From: Oopsacas minuta | Taxonomy: Eukaryota; Animalia; Porifera | DNA length: 64,000 nt | NCBI GenBank assembly: GCA_024704765.1 | Contig: JAKMXF010000295.1 | Coordinates: 62,001 to 126,000, forward strand | Reading direction: 5' to 3' | Shown: in pieces, positions 48,385 to 61,164 of the stretch | Layout: each line of letters opens with the position of its first letter | Position numbering within the stretch: the stretch's first letter is position 1 | Made by a program: the position numbers and the translations under genes | Notes under the pieces: generated by a model | What the model was told of the DNA's origin: nothing | Databases searched by the model: none | Seen by the model: the letters and a program-made list of their open reading frames with translations, nothing else

Positions 48385-50809
48385 TTTGTAGTTCAATGAA
48401 CGGTAGGTCATTTCGACAAGAAATGTGATTTCATAAGTTGATAAAGTTGTACATCTAATAGTGTTAATAATATCAAAACATAAAAATTCAATTTCTGAAC
48501 CCATAGCTCACAAATTGGCTTAATTAAAATCGATAAAAAATCAAAATACTTTTTGAATGTGACAATGAGGTCATTACTTTCACACCCAAAGACTGAGAAA
48601 AATCTAGTTACGTCAATCGATTCCTTTGGTACGATTCCCCATGTGGCAATAATATAGTTCACTACGTTATCAAGTACCCTAATACCTACTTCCAGGTTTT
48701 AGTCATTTGGTGCCACTGAGCCCCTGTTTTCAAACAGTGCAACGATCAACGTTCTTGGCCTGGAACCGATCCAAATTTATCAAAGTATTCATTTCCAACA
48801 CAAACATTTGCAAAAGTTTCCAAAAGTATCCAATTGCTAAATTTCACAAAATAGAATGTGTGTGCTCAATTGAAGTTATATTATATACGTAGGTACTAAA
48901 TACAATTTACGTTACGAAAAGCTGGTGTTTGATTCTTTTCACTGCGAGTATACACAATCTTTGGTACAGAATGGTACAGAAATATTCATTGAACTCACAC
49001 TTGTCAATTTGTATTGAGGTTTCAGATAAGACATTCATACATTTTTCACAACGTACCCTACCATAAATATAGTTTTGAGACCAGTGTGCACCAAAGCGCG
49101 TAAACTGCATCATTTAACCCGAAGAATTCGATTTTTGTTACACTTAAAATGTCTAGCTCCGTTGAATGATATGTATATTTAAGCGGATAAATATATTCCT
49201 AGGTGATTAATTTATACTAAATTTTCCTACTATTACAATTTAACTACTCCAGCTCGGATTTCATAAAATTCACTATAATTTTCTGATACAGACTTGAGCA
49301 ATTAATAAGTTTTGTTATTGAATGAGCCTCAAAGTATGATAAATTTGCAATTGAATTATACAAAATAGACAAACACCAAAATCATGATGAAGTGGAATAT
49401 AAAATATATATTTTGTCGAATCATATGGTTAGACTTCATTATTCTTCTCCCATTCAATTTCATTATTCAATTATTTAATTAGTTTTTCATCTTCACCAGG
49501 GGTTCTAATTAGGGGAGATTTCCCCCAAGGAGTGAAATATACAGTTTCTTAGTATACTAAAGCATAAATTTTTATATTGTCAATTTGTAGTATTTGGATA
49601 AGGTGTACACAATCGACGGCGTTTAATAGTATCATTTCATGACTCAAAACTCTTTGATCCATTTACCAGAGCCATTAACACTCTGGCCTGACCATGTGAT
49701 CAATTCAAACAGTAACATTGCGGACAATAACAAAGGCTATATAGTTTCTTGATATTAATTACAGCCACATTTACTAACAACCAGAATTATTGTATCAAAA
49801 TGCTGCAGAATACCATATACGTAAGTGGACTTGAAACGGAGACTCAAATGCTTTTTTGCAAAGTGATATAAATGATTTCTCAAAACCTGTCTTTTCTCTA
49901 GTTGTCCGCTTTCATATACACTGGTTGACTATCAGAGAGGACACACTGCTCTGTTTTTGAAGATGTGAGGACAGGTCGATATATTTCATGATTACTTGTT
50001 TGAGATTATATACAATTGTATATTTTAAATTAACCAATAAATACATGTGGTGTAATTTACAATCCAAATCAGCTATTTTCTGGACTTTCTTTTCGTTTTA
50101 TTTCCTTAATTATTCTTTCCACTTCACCGACTTGTTTGCATCCTCGTATGGCCTAAATGTGGCAAATGGAACTTTTATGTGTACAATTCGAAGACTTTAT
50201 AGTTCCTATATTGCTGAGTAATGAAGTATTTAAGCCTTTTCCTCTTAATAGGATTAATCTAAATATAATTAAATTCAACATGTTATAATTACATGAATGT
50301 TTAAATTATTTAGTGATAAATGAAATTTACGATTACTTTGCATTTGTGACTTTACACGAGATCTTACCTTTTGTTTATGCAATTGAATAATTTAAATACA
50401 TTTTGAAGCTTGGTTATTTATATTTCCTGGTATAATTAGTTAACCAATCATTTCTTATTTATTTCCTCAATGTAATGAAATATTTACTGGCCCAAATTCG
50501 GACCTACTCACCAGCTATTAGTTCCTTATATGAATTAGTAACAATAGAGCGCGTTTGATGGTAGGCCAACTATACATATACGGTGTCAAAGAGAAATCAT
50601 TAATCAATGGAAACTAGTTACTTTGCGATCTCTAGTTACTTAACAATACTAAAAATCAGTACATTATATAGAATGTTAATATGAATACGGTTAAGAATTA
50701 ACTCGGTATATTGCCAAAACATACTGACCAGATGAGCTATTCCACTTAGGTCAATAAAACAATCTTTGTTTGATATCTAGACACTACAACAATATACTGA
50801 TCAAATCTC

Positions 50810-52236
50810 TACATAAAATGTCCAAATACTCCCTCTCTACATCTATTCATGGTTGTAACCTTTCAACCTACTTTGAAAATAATTTTTTATACACTTATCG
50901 GTCCACTGATTGAAGTAATGGTAAATTCCGTTTCCCAGTCCATATCGGGTATTAAATAGCCATCCTCCGAGATGTATTTCAGCTCAGAAAATAGCCAAAA
51001 TCACAAGGTGATTGATCTGGGGAATACAGAGGATGTTCCATCGTTTCAAACTCGATATCTTCAATAATTTCCCAAAGTATTTCGGAGCATGAGTTTTTGC
51101 ATTATCATCGCAAAGTTTGGTTTCTTGAGTTCCTGTACGCGGACGTAGTGCTTTATTGACTTTCTCGACTTCCCTCAGGCATTTATCTGTCTAAAATTTC
51201 CATTGAGTCGTTCTCCTTTATGCACAGGTATTTGAGCCACTGGTCAATGTGCTTCAAATAATATGCTGTAGAGAACCATATCTTGGAAATCCAGACTCGC
51301 CTTTTAGGGGGAATAAGAACCTTTTGGGAGCAACGATTTGCTTTGTTCCTTAAGCAGAAGTTCAGAAAATGCAATTCAAGTTCGTCATCAGTAATGATTT
51401 CATATAACCTTAGAGAATCACATTCGCTGTATTCTTTAAGTAATTTCTTCACGCATGAACAGTGTTCCCCCTAAGCCAAGTTATGGGTCACATTTGGTCG
51501 GCCTCATGGCCTGTTTTATCGGCCGAAAAGTATCTAATTGCGGCAAAGCTCCTGCTGGAGATTACGACACTTTTCAATACATACAAATGAACCCAACATC
51601 AATGTAAAATAGCATTGAGAGTAGAAAATTCAATTCGAAAGAATATAATAAACCAGTACTCCACAGGGAAAATTACGCAAACTTTAGATTATGATTGGCT
51701 ATAGGAAATTTTGAACATTCATTTTGATCGGCTGCAGATCCGAATTGACCGGCCGTCGGAATGCCAAATTGGCGTTTTGGGCGGCCAGCCGGCCAGTCAA
51801 AACGCTTAGGGGGGAACACTGCGCATGAAACCCTCTTCTTCTTTGTGAGGATTTTTGGTATCCATCGCGCTAAAATCTTTGGATATTCGGGATAATCGTG
51901 TAGAATTGTATGAACGCTTCCTGATGAGATGTCCAGAATTAATGTAATCTCTTCAACTCTCAAATGGGGGTCAATATCCAAACCTTCCAGAATTTCAGAA
52001 GCAATTTCTGGGGTGGTAGCTGAAATTGCTCTTCTGGTCTGATGGTCATCTTCAATGTTGCCTCTACCAGCCTATAATTTACGTACCCATTCCTTTACAG
52101 TGGGATACGCTAGAGCTTCCCCATGATAAATGGTGACGAGAACTTCACGTATCTTGGTTGCCTTGTCGCCGAGCATCGCACGAATCTTTCTATAAACTCG
52201 TTGTTCGGTTATGGTTGATATGTGTTTTGAAGCCAT
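50810..52236 (-). pseudogene. mariner-family transposase relic interrupted by a hAT MITE
   Basis: EQRVY.K, YPTVKEWV, RWIPKILT, EIITDDE, HPLYSPDQSPCDF. The reading continues across the 51460-51821 insert. Confidence 0.85.
51460..51821. mobile_element. hAT MITE inserted in the mariner relic
   Basis: TIR CAGTGTTCCCCCTAAG / CTTAGGGGGGAACACTG. Perfect TSD CGCATGAA (51452-59, 51822-29). CGGCC subterminal repeats. Confidence 0.93.
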
Positions 52237-52339
52237 GAAAAAGTTGACTCTCGAATAATAGGTAAAATTGAAAAAGGATGAATCATGATATATAATTGCT
52301 AGAGTGAATTGCTCAACAGCATTGAATAAGCAACCGATT

Positions 52340-52645
52340 GGACTATTTGGATATACTATGCATTTACGTGTGTGAACTTAGCAGTAAATTCGACTATGCA
52401 TTCTTCAATTGCAAATTTAACCCACATCCACTTATGAGATTTTAACAAAATTGTTCTCATTCGATGGAGGAGAGTTGAACGTTTTACGCAATAAAATTTT
52501 TGTGTAAAAAATCTGAATTCTATTCTGAAAATTCGTATACATATTTGTGCCATATGGACGTTTATTAAATTGAAAAATATTGAAAACCCGCGGAGTTATG
52601 GCAATTCAAATTGGATTTGGTAGTGGGCCTTTAAGGGTTACCACG
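52340..52645. repeat. Arm of a TTAA-associated repeat family, inverted relative to 58790-59150
   Basis: ...GTTATGGCAATTCAAATT..TTGGTAGTGGGCCTTTAAGGGT is the reverse complement of ACCCTTAAGGCCCACTACCAA...AATTTGAATTGCCATAAC. AACGTTCAAC.C.CCT.TCGAATGAGA is also shared. Confidence 0.7.
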
Positions 52646-53328
52646 TACATAATGTAGCGTCAGTTCAAACTCATATTTCTTACACTAAATATAACTGAAT
52701 CTCAATTAATCTGTTATTAATCATTAGATGAGATGTAAACATTTATAACAATATCAATTTTATCCGGAAATACTGGAATTATCACCCGCATCAACCTTCT
52801 CAAACTCGATAATTCCTATTTTTGTGAATTACGAGCTCCAACTTTGAACTCAATTCTGAAAATTATTTATCAACAGAATCGCCTCAAAATTTACAGATAC
52901 CTTCTTTGGTATTCTATGATTCAATTCCCTTTAAACAGAAAGAAGGGTTTGCTAGTACATTTTTTATAGACTTTTGTCATCTATAAACTTCTAATCTTCA
53001 CCATTTTCCAACCGTGTGTATAAGTGCATACAAGAATGATAGCCCCCAGTAAATGTTTATTATGTTTACTTTATGATCGATGTCAAGCTTCGAGAGTTAT
53101 GATTCGAAATTAGAGCTGTCTATATTTATCTATCCAATGAAATAAGTTCATCCACTGACAGAATATTAGACACCGCTTTGTCATAGTTATAGTTTTTAGA
53201 TATTTTTGTTTCTCTTTCCTGATTTTGTATTGTTTATTATGCGTTTTCTGACATATTTGATAGTACTTGTTTCTTGCTCTTCATTATTTTGTCTGCCTAT
53301 ATTATCTTTCCATTGATCGAACATATCC

Positions 53329-53706
53329 ATGATTACCATTGAGTTGTGGCGTGCCGCATTGGATTGCACTCTATCCGGAAATGCTTCAATTGTCCAAAAC
53401 TTCATCTGACTCCCTCATTTTTCTCATTTCGATGTCTATACTCATGTCTACTCTATGCGCCTGTATAATTTCAATTCTGCTCCTCATTGGTGGTATCGAG
53501 GTAAACCCAGAACCAATCACCCAAACTTAGTCCATATTCCGAACAAGGTAATTCATTAATTTGATCATTGGTCTTTGGAGAAAGTGGCTAATGTGATTGA
53601 TTTCTTAGAATTGCCTCCAGTAAATCCTGAAGGTTCAATATACCTAAATCATAATGGGGTTCATTATGAACCCATTTTAGAGGTAGATAAAGCTGTTTTT
53701 GCCTAG
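53329..53706 (+). pseudogene. ORF relic with 2A-like NPxP motif and an OTU-like His loop
   Basis: MITIELWRA[fs]IGLH... ; LLLIGGIEVNPEP (53477-53515); IYLNHNGVHYEPIL (53638-53679). Confidence 0.45.
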
Positions 53707-54493
53707 GACTACACCCCAGTGAGAATATGCCTTACTCCTATGTGTATTCATATTCGGATCATGGATTCTATGGGTGATTAAATTTCCACATGTACATTAA
53801 TGAAGGTCTGAATATGAGAATTGGAAATCTATATATGTGTTTTCACATGTTTAGTCATAGAATTTAATATTCTGAACCTTATTAGATGGAATATGGGTGC
53901 AAATTTTCCCTTTCATGATCCATGATCCGAATAATAATGATAATTTGAGGAAGCATTTTATTACTTGTAGGCTGTTTCATTGAGTTGTATAACATATTAG
54001 ATATTGAAAACATTGGTTTAAGTAATTATTTTTAATAGTGCTTACAATATTTGTTATGGCAAGTTTGAATGGACAAAGCGGGTCTTATCGATGTGCACTA
54101 CATAGGCGAATATAATTGAAATCCCATAATAATATAGTTCAGTATGCTGTAAATATATATGTATATATATATATATATATAAAATAAGGTCTTGTACAAA
54201 GTACAGAGCATAATTTGGCATATGGGAATAGTTGGAGGATCTCAGGATTGGAGGATGAGATAATACATTTTCTGTTTATGTTATTTATTAATGAATTAAG
54301 TGGTAGGATAGAGTATTCTCCTGCTTAAGAGACTAATCTTTGGTGTTAATAATTCAATTCCGATTACTAACATTGTTGAAGAGTGGTTCATACGTGTTTA
54401 AATCAAGCTTGAAGTGGAAGATGCAAGTGGTATGTGTAATACATGCATTACACAAACTACGGAAGTTTTCGTACAGTATAATGGACTCATTCG

Positions 54494-57383
54494 CACAGTG
54501 TGGCATCATCTAGAATTAGCCAAATTTTTGTGGTCTCATAAATATCTATAATTGTTCTAATATTGTTCAATAGTCTGTCGAAAATACAACTATATTGTGT
54601 TTACTGTGGTTCAGCTTCTATTTGTGAATTTAAATTCTCATTGTCTAATGACGTAATTTTATAAGGTTTAGAACATTTTCTGAACTATAATTACGTTATC
54701 ATAAATTCTAACAGTAGATGCAATCAAATACCTACTTGCAAGTAATTCAATTCGGATTCATTTATAAGTAGTCACTATCATAACTTTGAACATTAATATC
54801 CCCCAAACTTAATAGAAATTTTTGAGTGAACTCTTTTTCGAAACCCCGAAAATGACTAAATTTCGGGATGTATTTCGACATACTTAGAGGTAGATTTTTA
54901 AATGGGTACAATATGGGGCCTCTATATTTTTAACAATGTTAAAGTACTGTACTACCCTAAATTTTATACAATTTTTAGCGCCCCATTCCCCACCCATTTC
55001 GAATTTCAATCCAAATTTCCCTGGGATCGGCTCAATTTCAAACTTGTGTTATTTATCCCATTATTGATACTTACAAGACATTACTTCCTTCCACCAGTTC
55101 AATGGATAAAACATTTATTTCACAAAAAGAAGCATACGATAATTATAAATCACATGGTTGGAATTGTTCTGGTGCAGCTCGTCAGATAATTGAAGTTCAT
55201 TCCTTGACAGATGATCTGTTTGAAACTATTCGTTGGAAATTAAGAAATCTTCGAAAATCCAGAGATCATTGCCAGAAGATTTACAACTTAAACGTTTGGG
55301 AGGGTATGGAGTTTTATTCAGTCACTACTTGTAACTCTGGATCACAAATGTCGATTGACACAGTCGATTCTATCCCTGAGCAGCACTCATTTATTGAAGA
55401 GAATCTAACAGAGATCAGAAAACCATTATTCAAACTCACAATGAAAGCTGCTCGAAACTGTTTGAACGTTTTTGCTAAAGCATATTCAGTTCCTTGCCCA
55501 AAGGGAGCAGGTTGATGAGAAGAAAGTTGCAGCTTGAGCTCTATAATTAATTTCTAACCAGGAATATGATCGAGAAACTTCCAGTATATGCAAAGAAATA
55601 ATCGCAACAAGCACGTACGGAAATGTAAAGAAAGTTTCGATACCTATGTCAAGTTATATAATAGATCTTCTCGAAATTGGAACATTCAAATACACACAGT
55701 TGAAGAAATTACTGAAACAAGATATCGTATTCCCATCCTATAAAGTAATATCGCAATACCGTCAAGAAATTTCCCTTTCACGAAGCGTTTTATTTGTCAC
55801 TAACCCTGAAGGTAACTCTATTGGTGTATCAGTTCCTTATTTCGAAATACTCGAACTAACAATTCAACGACATCAATAAAAGCTTCGATTCCATTGTAAA
55901 CAACTCACAATATCCTTGTCAATTCGAATTGCAGACGGTCTAGATGGATCAGGCTCACACAATTCTTACAAGCAAGTGAACTCAAATCCAGGTTTAGATA
56001 CACACAGTATCTATAACAGATATTCGTATAACAGATAACACAGGTTTCTCATCATACGTCAATACTTCCCCCCAATTCACCTTTTTCATTCGAGCAGTCT
56101 GCTTAATTGCGTTGAAGGAAAATCACGAAAACGTTAAATTTATTATGGGTACACTCATAAATCCCGCAACTAAATTAATTGTAGAACAAGGAATTGCAGT
56201 TGAAAATCGTCACATAAAAGTAGAAATTATTCAATCTATATTTGATACCAAAATGGCAGGTCTATTAGATGGAGCGGGTGGTGCATCATGTCATCTTTAC
56301 ACGGCCACAGGAAAGGAAATCAATAGTTTAGAGTGGGCCAGATCAGGTTTTCCAATTAATAGATACATTACTGATGCTAATCAAGTATTTGACGATATTA
56401 ATGAGGACGAAATATTTGCCCTACCTTCCCAAAAACTCTGTGGCATTACCCACCACCCTACTTCCGAAATAAACATCTTAGCAGCTTCTCCATTGTATGC
56501 GTATCTCTGTGCCTTTAGGTGGTATATGTTACTCATATATCACTTAGACGCAGGTTGTAAAAAGTGATCACCTACATGCACAAAAGTACAGGATTCTTTG
56601 AAACGAATAAGATCAATTATAGAAGCCAAATGTAGTATCAAAATCGATATTCCCTCTAGTCAAGGGGGGACTTCAACAACTGGTAATGTTGCACGAGACT
56701 GTTTCCGAGATAAAAGAGGTTTCTTCAGATGCGCTACCTCCACTATTAACCCAGTTGATAAACCAACCCTTAAAATGATTCAAAACAACCTCTCGGTGAT
56801 TTTGAGGATAGTTAACAGCAAAGACCACATTAATTGTCATGGTCTTGAAAATCTTTGCAAGGAAACGTATGAAATTGTTTTGAATCACTTTCCTTGGGTA
56901 AGCATCACTCCCTCTCTTCATAAACTGCTTGCTCATTGTTTTCAAATAATTTATTGCTATAATCATGGTTATGGACTACAAAACCTTTCTGAAGAATGTT
57001 CAGAGGCTTGCAATAAGTATGTCAGAAGGTATAGAGAAAATTTAGTAAGAAAAACATCCTTTTCTGAAAACTTTCGTGATATTTTAGTCAGACTTTTGTG
57101 CTTCAGTGACCCTGTATTGGTTTTAAATCGTCACAAAAGTATTAGAAAGGTTAAATCAAACGAAGATAGCATACTTTATGAATCCCTGATAATCTATTAA
57201 AATTTTGAAATAGTGATTTTAGTGATGACGTCATCCTCACATATTTTGAGTGAGATAATCAAAAATTTGACTTGTCCAGTGAAATGTACGAGGTCGATTT
57301 CATATATAAGTATAATACAAATATTATCGATTTGAAGTCACAATTTGGCTAATCCCTCATTTTCGCCTTTTTGCCACACTGTG
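54494..57383 (+). mobile_element. Full-length Transib transposon (copy B) with RSS-heptamer termini
   Basis: CACAGTGTGGCA / TGCCACACTGTG termini. Perfect 5-bp TSD ATTCG (54489-93, 57384-88). Internal RAG1-core-like transposase. Confidence 0.95.
55102..57200 (+). pseudogene. Transib/RAG1-core-like transposase with several stops and frameshifts
   Basis: RKPLFKLTMKAARN (NBD-like), KYTQLKK..FPSY, ADGLDGSGS (D 55943), FDTKM (D 56244), GAGGASCHL, TTGNVAR, TPSLHKLLAH, SEECSEACNKYVRRYR (E 57003). Confidence 0.92.
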
Positions 57384-58050
57384 ATTCGTTCTGTAGAATT
57401 AATAAGATAACTGATATCTGTATATTGGTAATAAATGGTTGGTATTTATGATAATTTAACTTATGGATGAAAATAACTAAATCTAAATTTATCTCCTTTA
57501 ATTATCTTGAGGAAGAATTTTATATGGTGAGAGTGGTATGATAATACTCTAATATCTAATTATCTGTATTAATTGATGCTGAATATTCTCTCTATGAATG
57601 TATTTCAGATATCAACTGTATAAATGTTAGTATAATATTTTGTGTGAGTACAGTATTGCATCTACTTAATGTTCAGTTTCAAAATATATATGGAAAAAAT
57701 TGAAGATACTTTTAATTTTAGATTCAAATATGTTTATGATTTAATTAATCAAATAAATAAATATATAAATTTTCAACACATCTTGGGTCTAAATTTTGGA
57801 ATTATTGACGAAAGACAGTTGGAATGGGAATTGGGAACTAATAAGTATGGTAATCTGATTTCTCATTACATCAATGCGTGATAGTCTTTCAAGTTAGTCA
57901 TAATCCATTACGTATACCATACAATTAATAATTCAGAAGGAAATTGAAAATTAATTAAACAACAATATTTAGAATTCAAAAGTCTCAAAGAAAGTACTAA
58001 CAACCCCTTGTCTATTAAGGGAATTGAATTATGGAATACCAAAGAAGGTA

Positions 58051-58537
58051 CAGTGGAACCTGCATAATCCGACACCTCTGTAATCCGGAATTTCGCTAAA
58101 CCGATATTATTTCTTTTCACGGATAGTTTTTGTATAGAAAACAACCTCAATAACCCGGAACCTTGCTACTCCGTAATCCGACAATTTAATGATGATCAAG
58201 TAATATAAATTCGACCTCTATAAACCAACAATTTAGCCATTTAGCTTTAATTTATCTGAGATGTACATATATCAACAAATGTCGGATTATGGAGGTGATT
58301 TTACCTTCATAATCCAACATTTTCGTTTACAATGTAAATATAGTATACTGCATACTTGATATTTGCCAAACATGTCTTGAATTTTTCTTGAGTATATACG
58401 AGAACACCCGTTTAATCAGATATTTTCTTCGTTCTCAACAAATGTCGGATTACGGAAGTTACTCGATAATCTGACAATTTGCTAGTCTGACATTTTCTTG
58501 GTTTCCCAACGTGTGTCAGATTATGTAGGTTCCACTG
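58051..58537. mobile_element. pogo/Tigger-type MITE
   Basis: TIR CAGTGGAACCTGCATAATCCGACAC / GTGTCAGATTATGTAGGTTCCACTG. TA TSD on both sides. AATCCG/CGGATT subterminal repeats. Confidence 0.9.
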
Positions 58538-58789
58538 TATCTGTAAATTTTGAGGCGATTCTGTTAATAAAGAATTTCCAGAATTGAGTTCAAAGTTGGA
58601 GCTCATAATTCACTAAAAAATAGATAGTATTAATTTAGAAGATTGATGCGGATGATAATTTTCAGTATTTCTCTATAAATTGATATTGTTATCTATGTTT
58701 TCATCTCATCTATTGATTAATATCAAAATATTTGAGATTTTAGGTATATTTAGGGCAAGAAATATGAGTTTGAACTGACCTTAGTTTAT

Positions 58790-59150
58790 GTAGTTACCCT
58801 TAAGGCCCACTACCAACTAAAAATTTGAATTGCCATAACGAGTTTTCTATGTTTTCAATGAAATGTAATTTACATAAACATTAATATATCATAAATGTGT
58901 ATACTAATTTTCAGAATCGAATTCTGACCTTTAGATGGTTTGTTATATTGAAATCGTTTACATGGGTAACTGATCAAAAATCCCTATGAAATGTAAAGGT
59001 TTTTCCACAAAAGCCATATTGCGTTAAACGTTCAACCTCCTCTATCGAATGAGATCAATTTCGGGAAAATCTGCTAGGTGGAAGTGGGTCAAGTTCGTGA
59101 TTGAAGTGCATGGTCGAATTGTCTGCTAATCGAGTAAGATGGGGAACCTA
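58790..59150. repeat. Second arm of the TTAA-associated repeat family
   Basis: Inverted counterpart of 52340-52645. Confidence 0.7.
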
Positions 59151-61164
59151 TTCCAAGTAGAAAAATATGATGACAGCCATTCAAAATATATGAGTTTGTA
59201 TCTCGTTAAATTTGTATATCTCTCTCCTCGTTGGTGGAGTTTCATAATGTTTGATAACCCCAACAGTAAATCAAAATTTAGTCGGTACCCAGGGTGATTT
59301 GAGATTTATATACTCTGTCAAGTGTCAACAAAAACATTTACGATTGCATGGTTTATTCCATTAAATACATGTAGTATGTACCCATTCCAATTCCTTGATA
59401 ATTCATTTCGGTACGATATCTATGGTTATTATGACCGAAAACTGATAATGCTCAAGTATGAAATTATTTATGACCGCGCAATATTATTTGGAGATATAGT
59501 ATGGAAATGTATTATCTTTGTATGCAAATCAGGTCTATTCTACATGTGTACCAAACGATTCCTTAACATTCCAGATTATTAAGTTATTGCTTAATATCAG
59601 CAAAATATGTTTTTGAAAGATCCTCTGTTTTGATACGAATTCAATGGAACTATACATCAAACCCAAATTCGTTACATACCTACTAGGCTAGGCTATACTA
59701 CAAAATATCGTTACAATTTGGTTTTGGCAAGTTTTGGCTGGACATTGGGCTCAGCACATGCCATAAACAGCTTTGCCCACAGCCAAAAACCGGAACAGTT
59801 GATAGAAATAGGTATATTCCTGATTTTCAGGTGAGCGTAGATGAGGTACTATGATGGTGAAGGTGAGAAGCGAGCGAAGCAAGCCGAAATTTTCCAATTT
59901 GCAATTGGAGTTAAAAATTACATTATATGCCTATTGTAATTATCCTGCTTGGTTAATTGACATTGCCGGGGAACGCATTTGAAGGGGGCAATGCTTCCTT
60001 ATGCCCAGTCCTTGCGATGTCCTTGGGCCAAAATTGTTCACATTGTCACAGATTGAGAATACTTGCCCAATATCGTCATTTTGTAAATTTCACTATGCAT
60101 GCACACAAACTTTGTGCTTGAATGTTGTTTCTGTTTTTATTCCAAATAGTTTTTGAAAAATAGGGAAATAGGAGAATGTAAACATCCGAACACTGTAAGT
60201 CAGTAATTAATCAACAATTGCAAAATCATAGTCAGTAATTAAATACAATTGAACAAAAATACATTTCAATGAGTAAATACACACCGTAGCACTTATTCAA
60301 TGCCAACAATGATTAAAGCTAATTCCGGTACATCTAACCATTTCATGTTTCAAAGAAGTTTCCGGGGAACAACTTGCATTTGTATTCACCTGGAAAGGAT
60401 CGTTGTCAATATCTGCCAATGGTCTTTTCCAGAATTTCCCAATAGTCTACAGATGAAATTTGCCTGAACTTAGCAAAAATTCAGTAGACACTGAGGGTTA
60501 GCCTATTCATGACTGTAAATGGGTAACAAGATTATATGTGGTTTTTCTGGGATGAATGCGGCTACGTTGCGAAGGATGACTTAATGGCTAGCCAAGAAAT
60601 CATTAGGTAACATATTTATTCAGGTTACTTGTTCACGAATTTCCTAAAAATGTAGATACCTGCGTAGATATGGTAGAATATATAGTGCACGTTGTGCGCC
60701 ATCTTGGCTTATACGGAATCGATTAAAACACAGTGCTAGTCGAAACAAGTTATGATTTTAACTTACTATGTACGCTCCTCTGGCGCAGACGATTGCCACT
60801 TTGGGATGTTGCTCTTTGAGGCCATAAAATATCCAGTCCGGTTAACATGAAATAATATACATATACATTTAGGGTCGGAGATTCATTTGGACCTAAGGTA
60901 TGAATATTTGTTAGGCAAAACTTGCATATCTTTGGTTGATTAATCTTATGTTCACATCTTCACTACCATTCTTTTAGTATTCGGTGGAAACATTATCCCA
61001 TACTTTAGTATTTGGAAATACAGTAATGGATTGGAAAATGAATTTTTGTAGCAATTAAGTCCATATAGTTAAATTCGCTATACTGTAAGTTCCAAGCTTA
61101 TTCAACTCAAATTATGATTCTTTCGGCTACCCGTTTTATGTCTCATGACGCTGATGTCACATAA

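Noticed and set aside
48655-48672. CACTACG as a decayed right heptamer of Transib copy A
   Set aside because: Two mismatches, no adjacent TGCCA and no matching left end or TSD.
54153-54180. (TA)n microsatellite; a similar one lies at 9542-9558
   Set aside because: Ordinary simple repeats.
59322-59582. 86-aa aromatic-rich ORF
   Set aside because: GTG start, composition expected from AT-rich DNA, and no motif.
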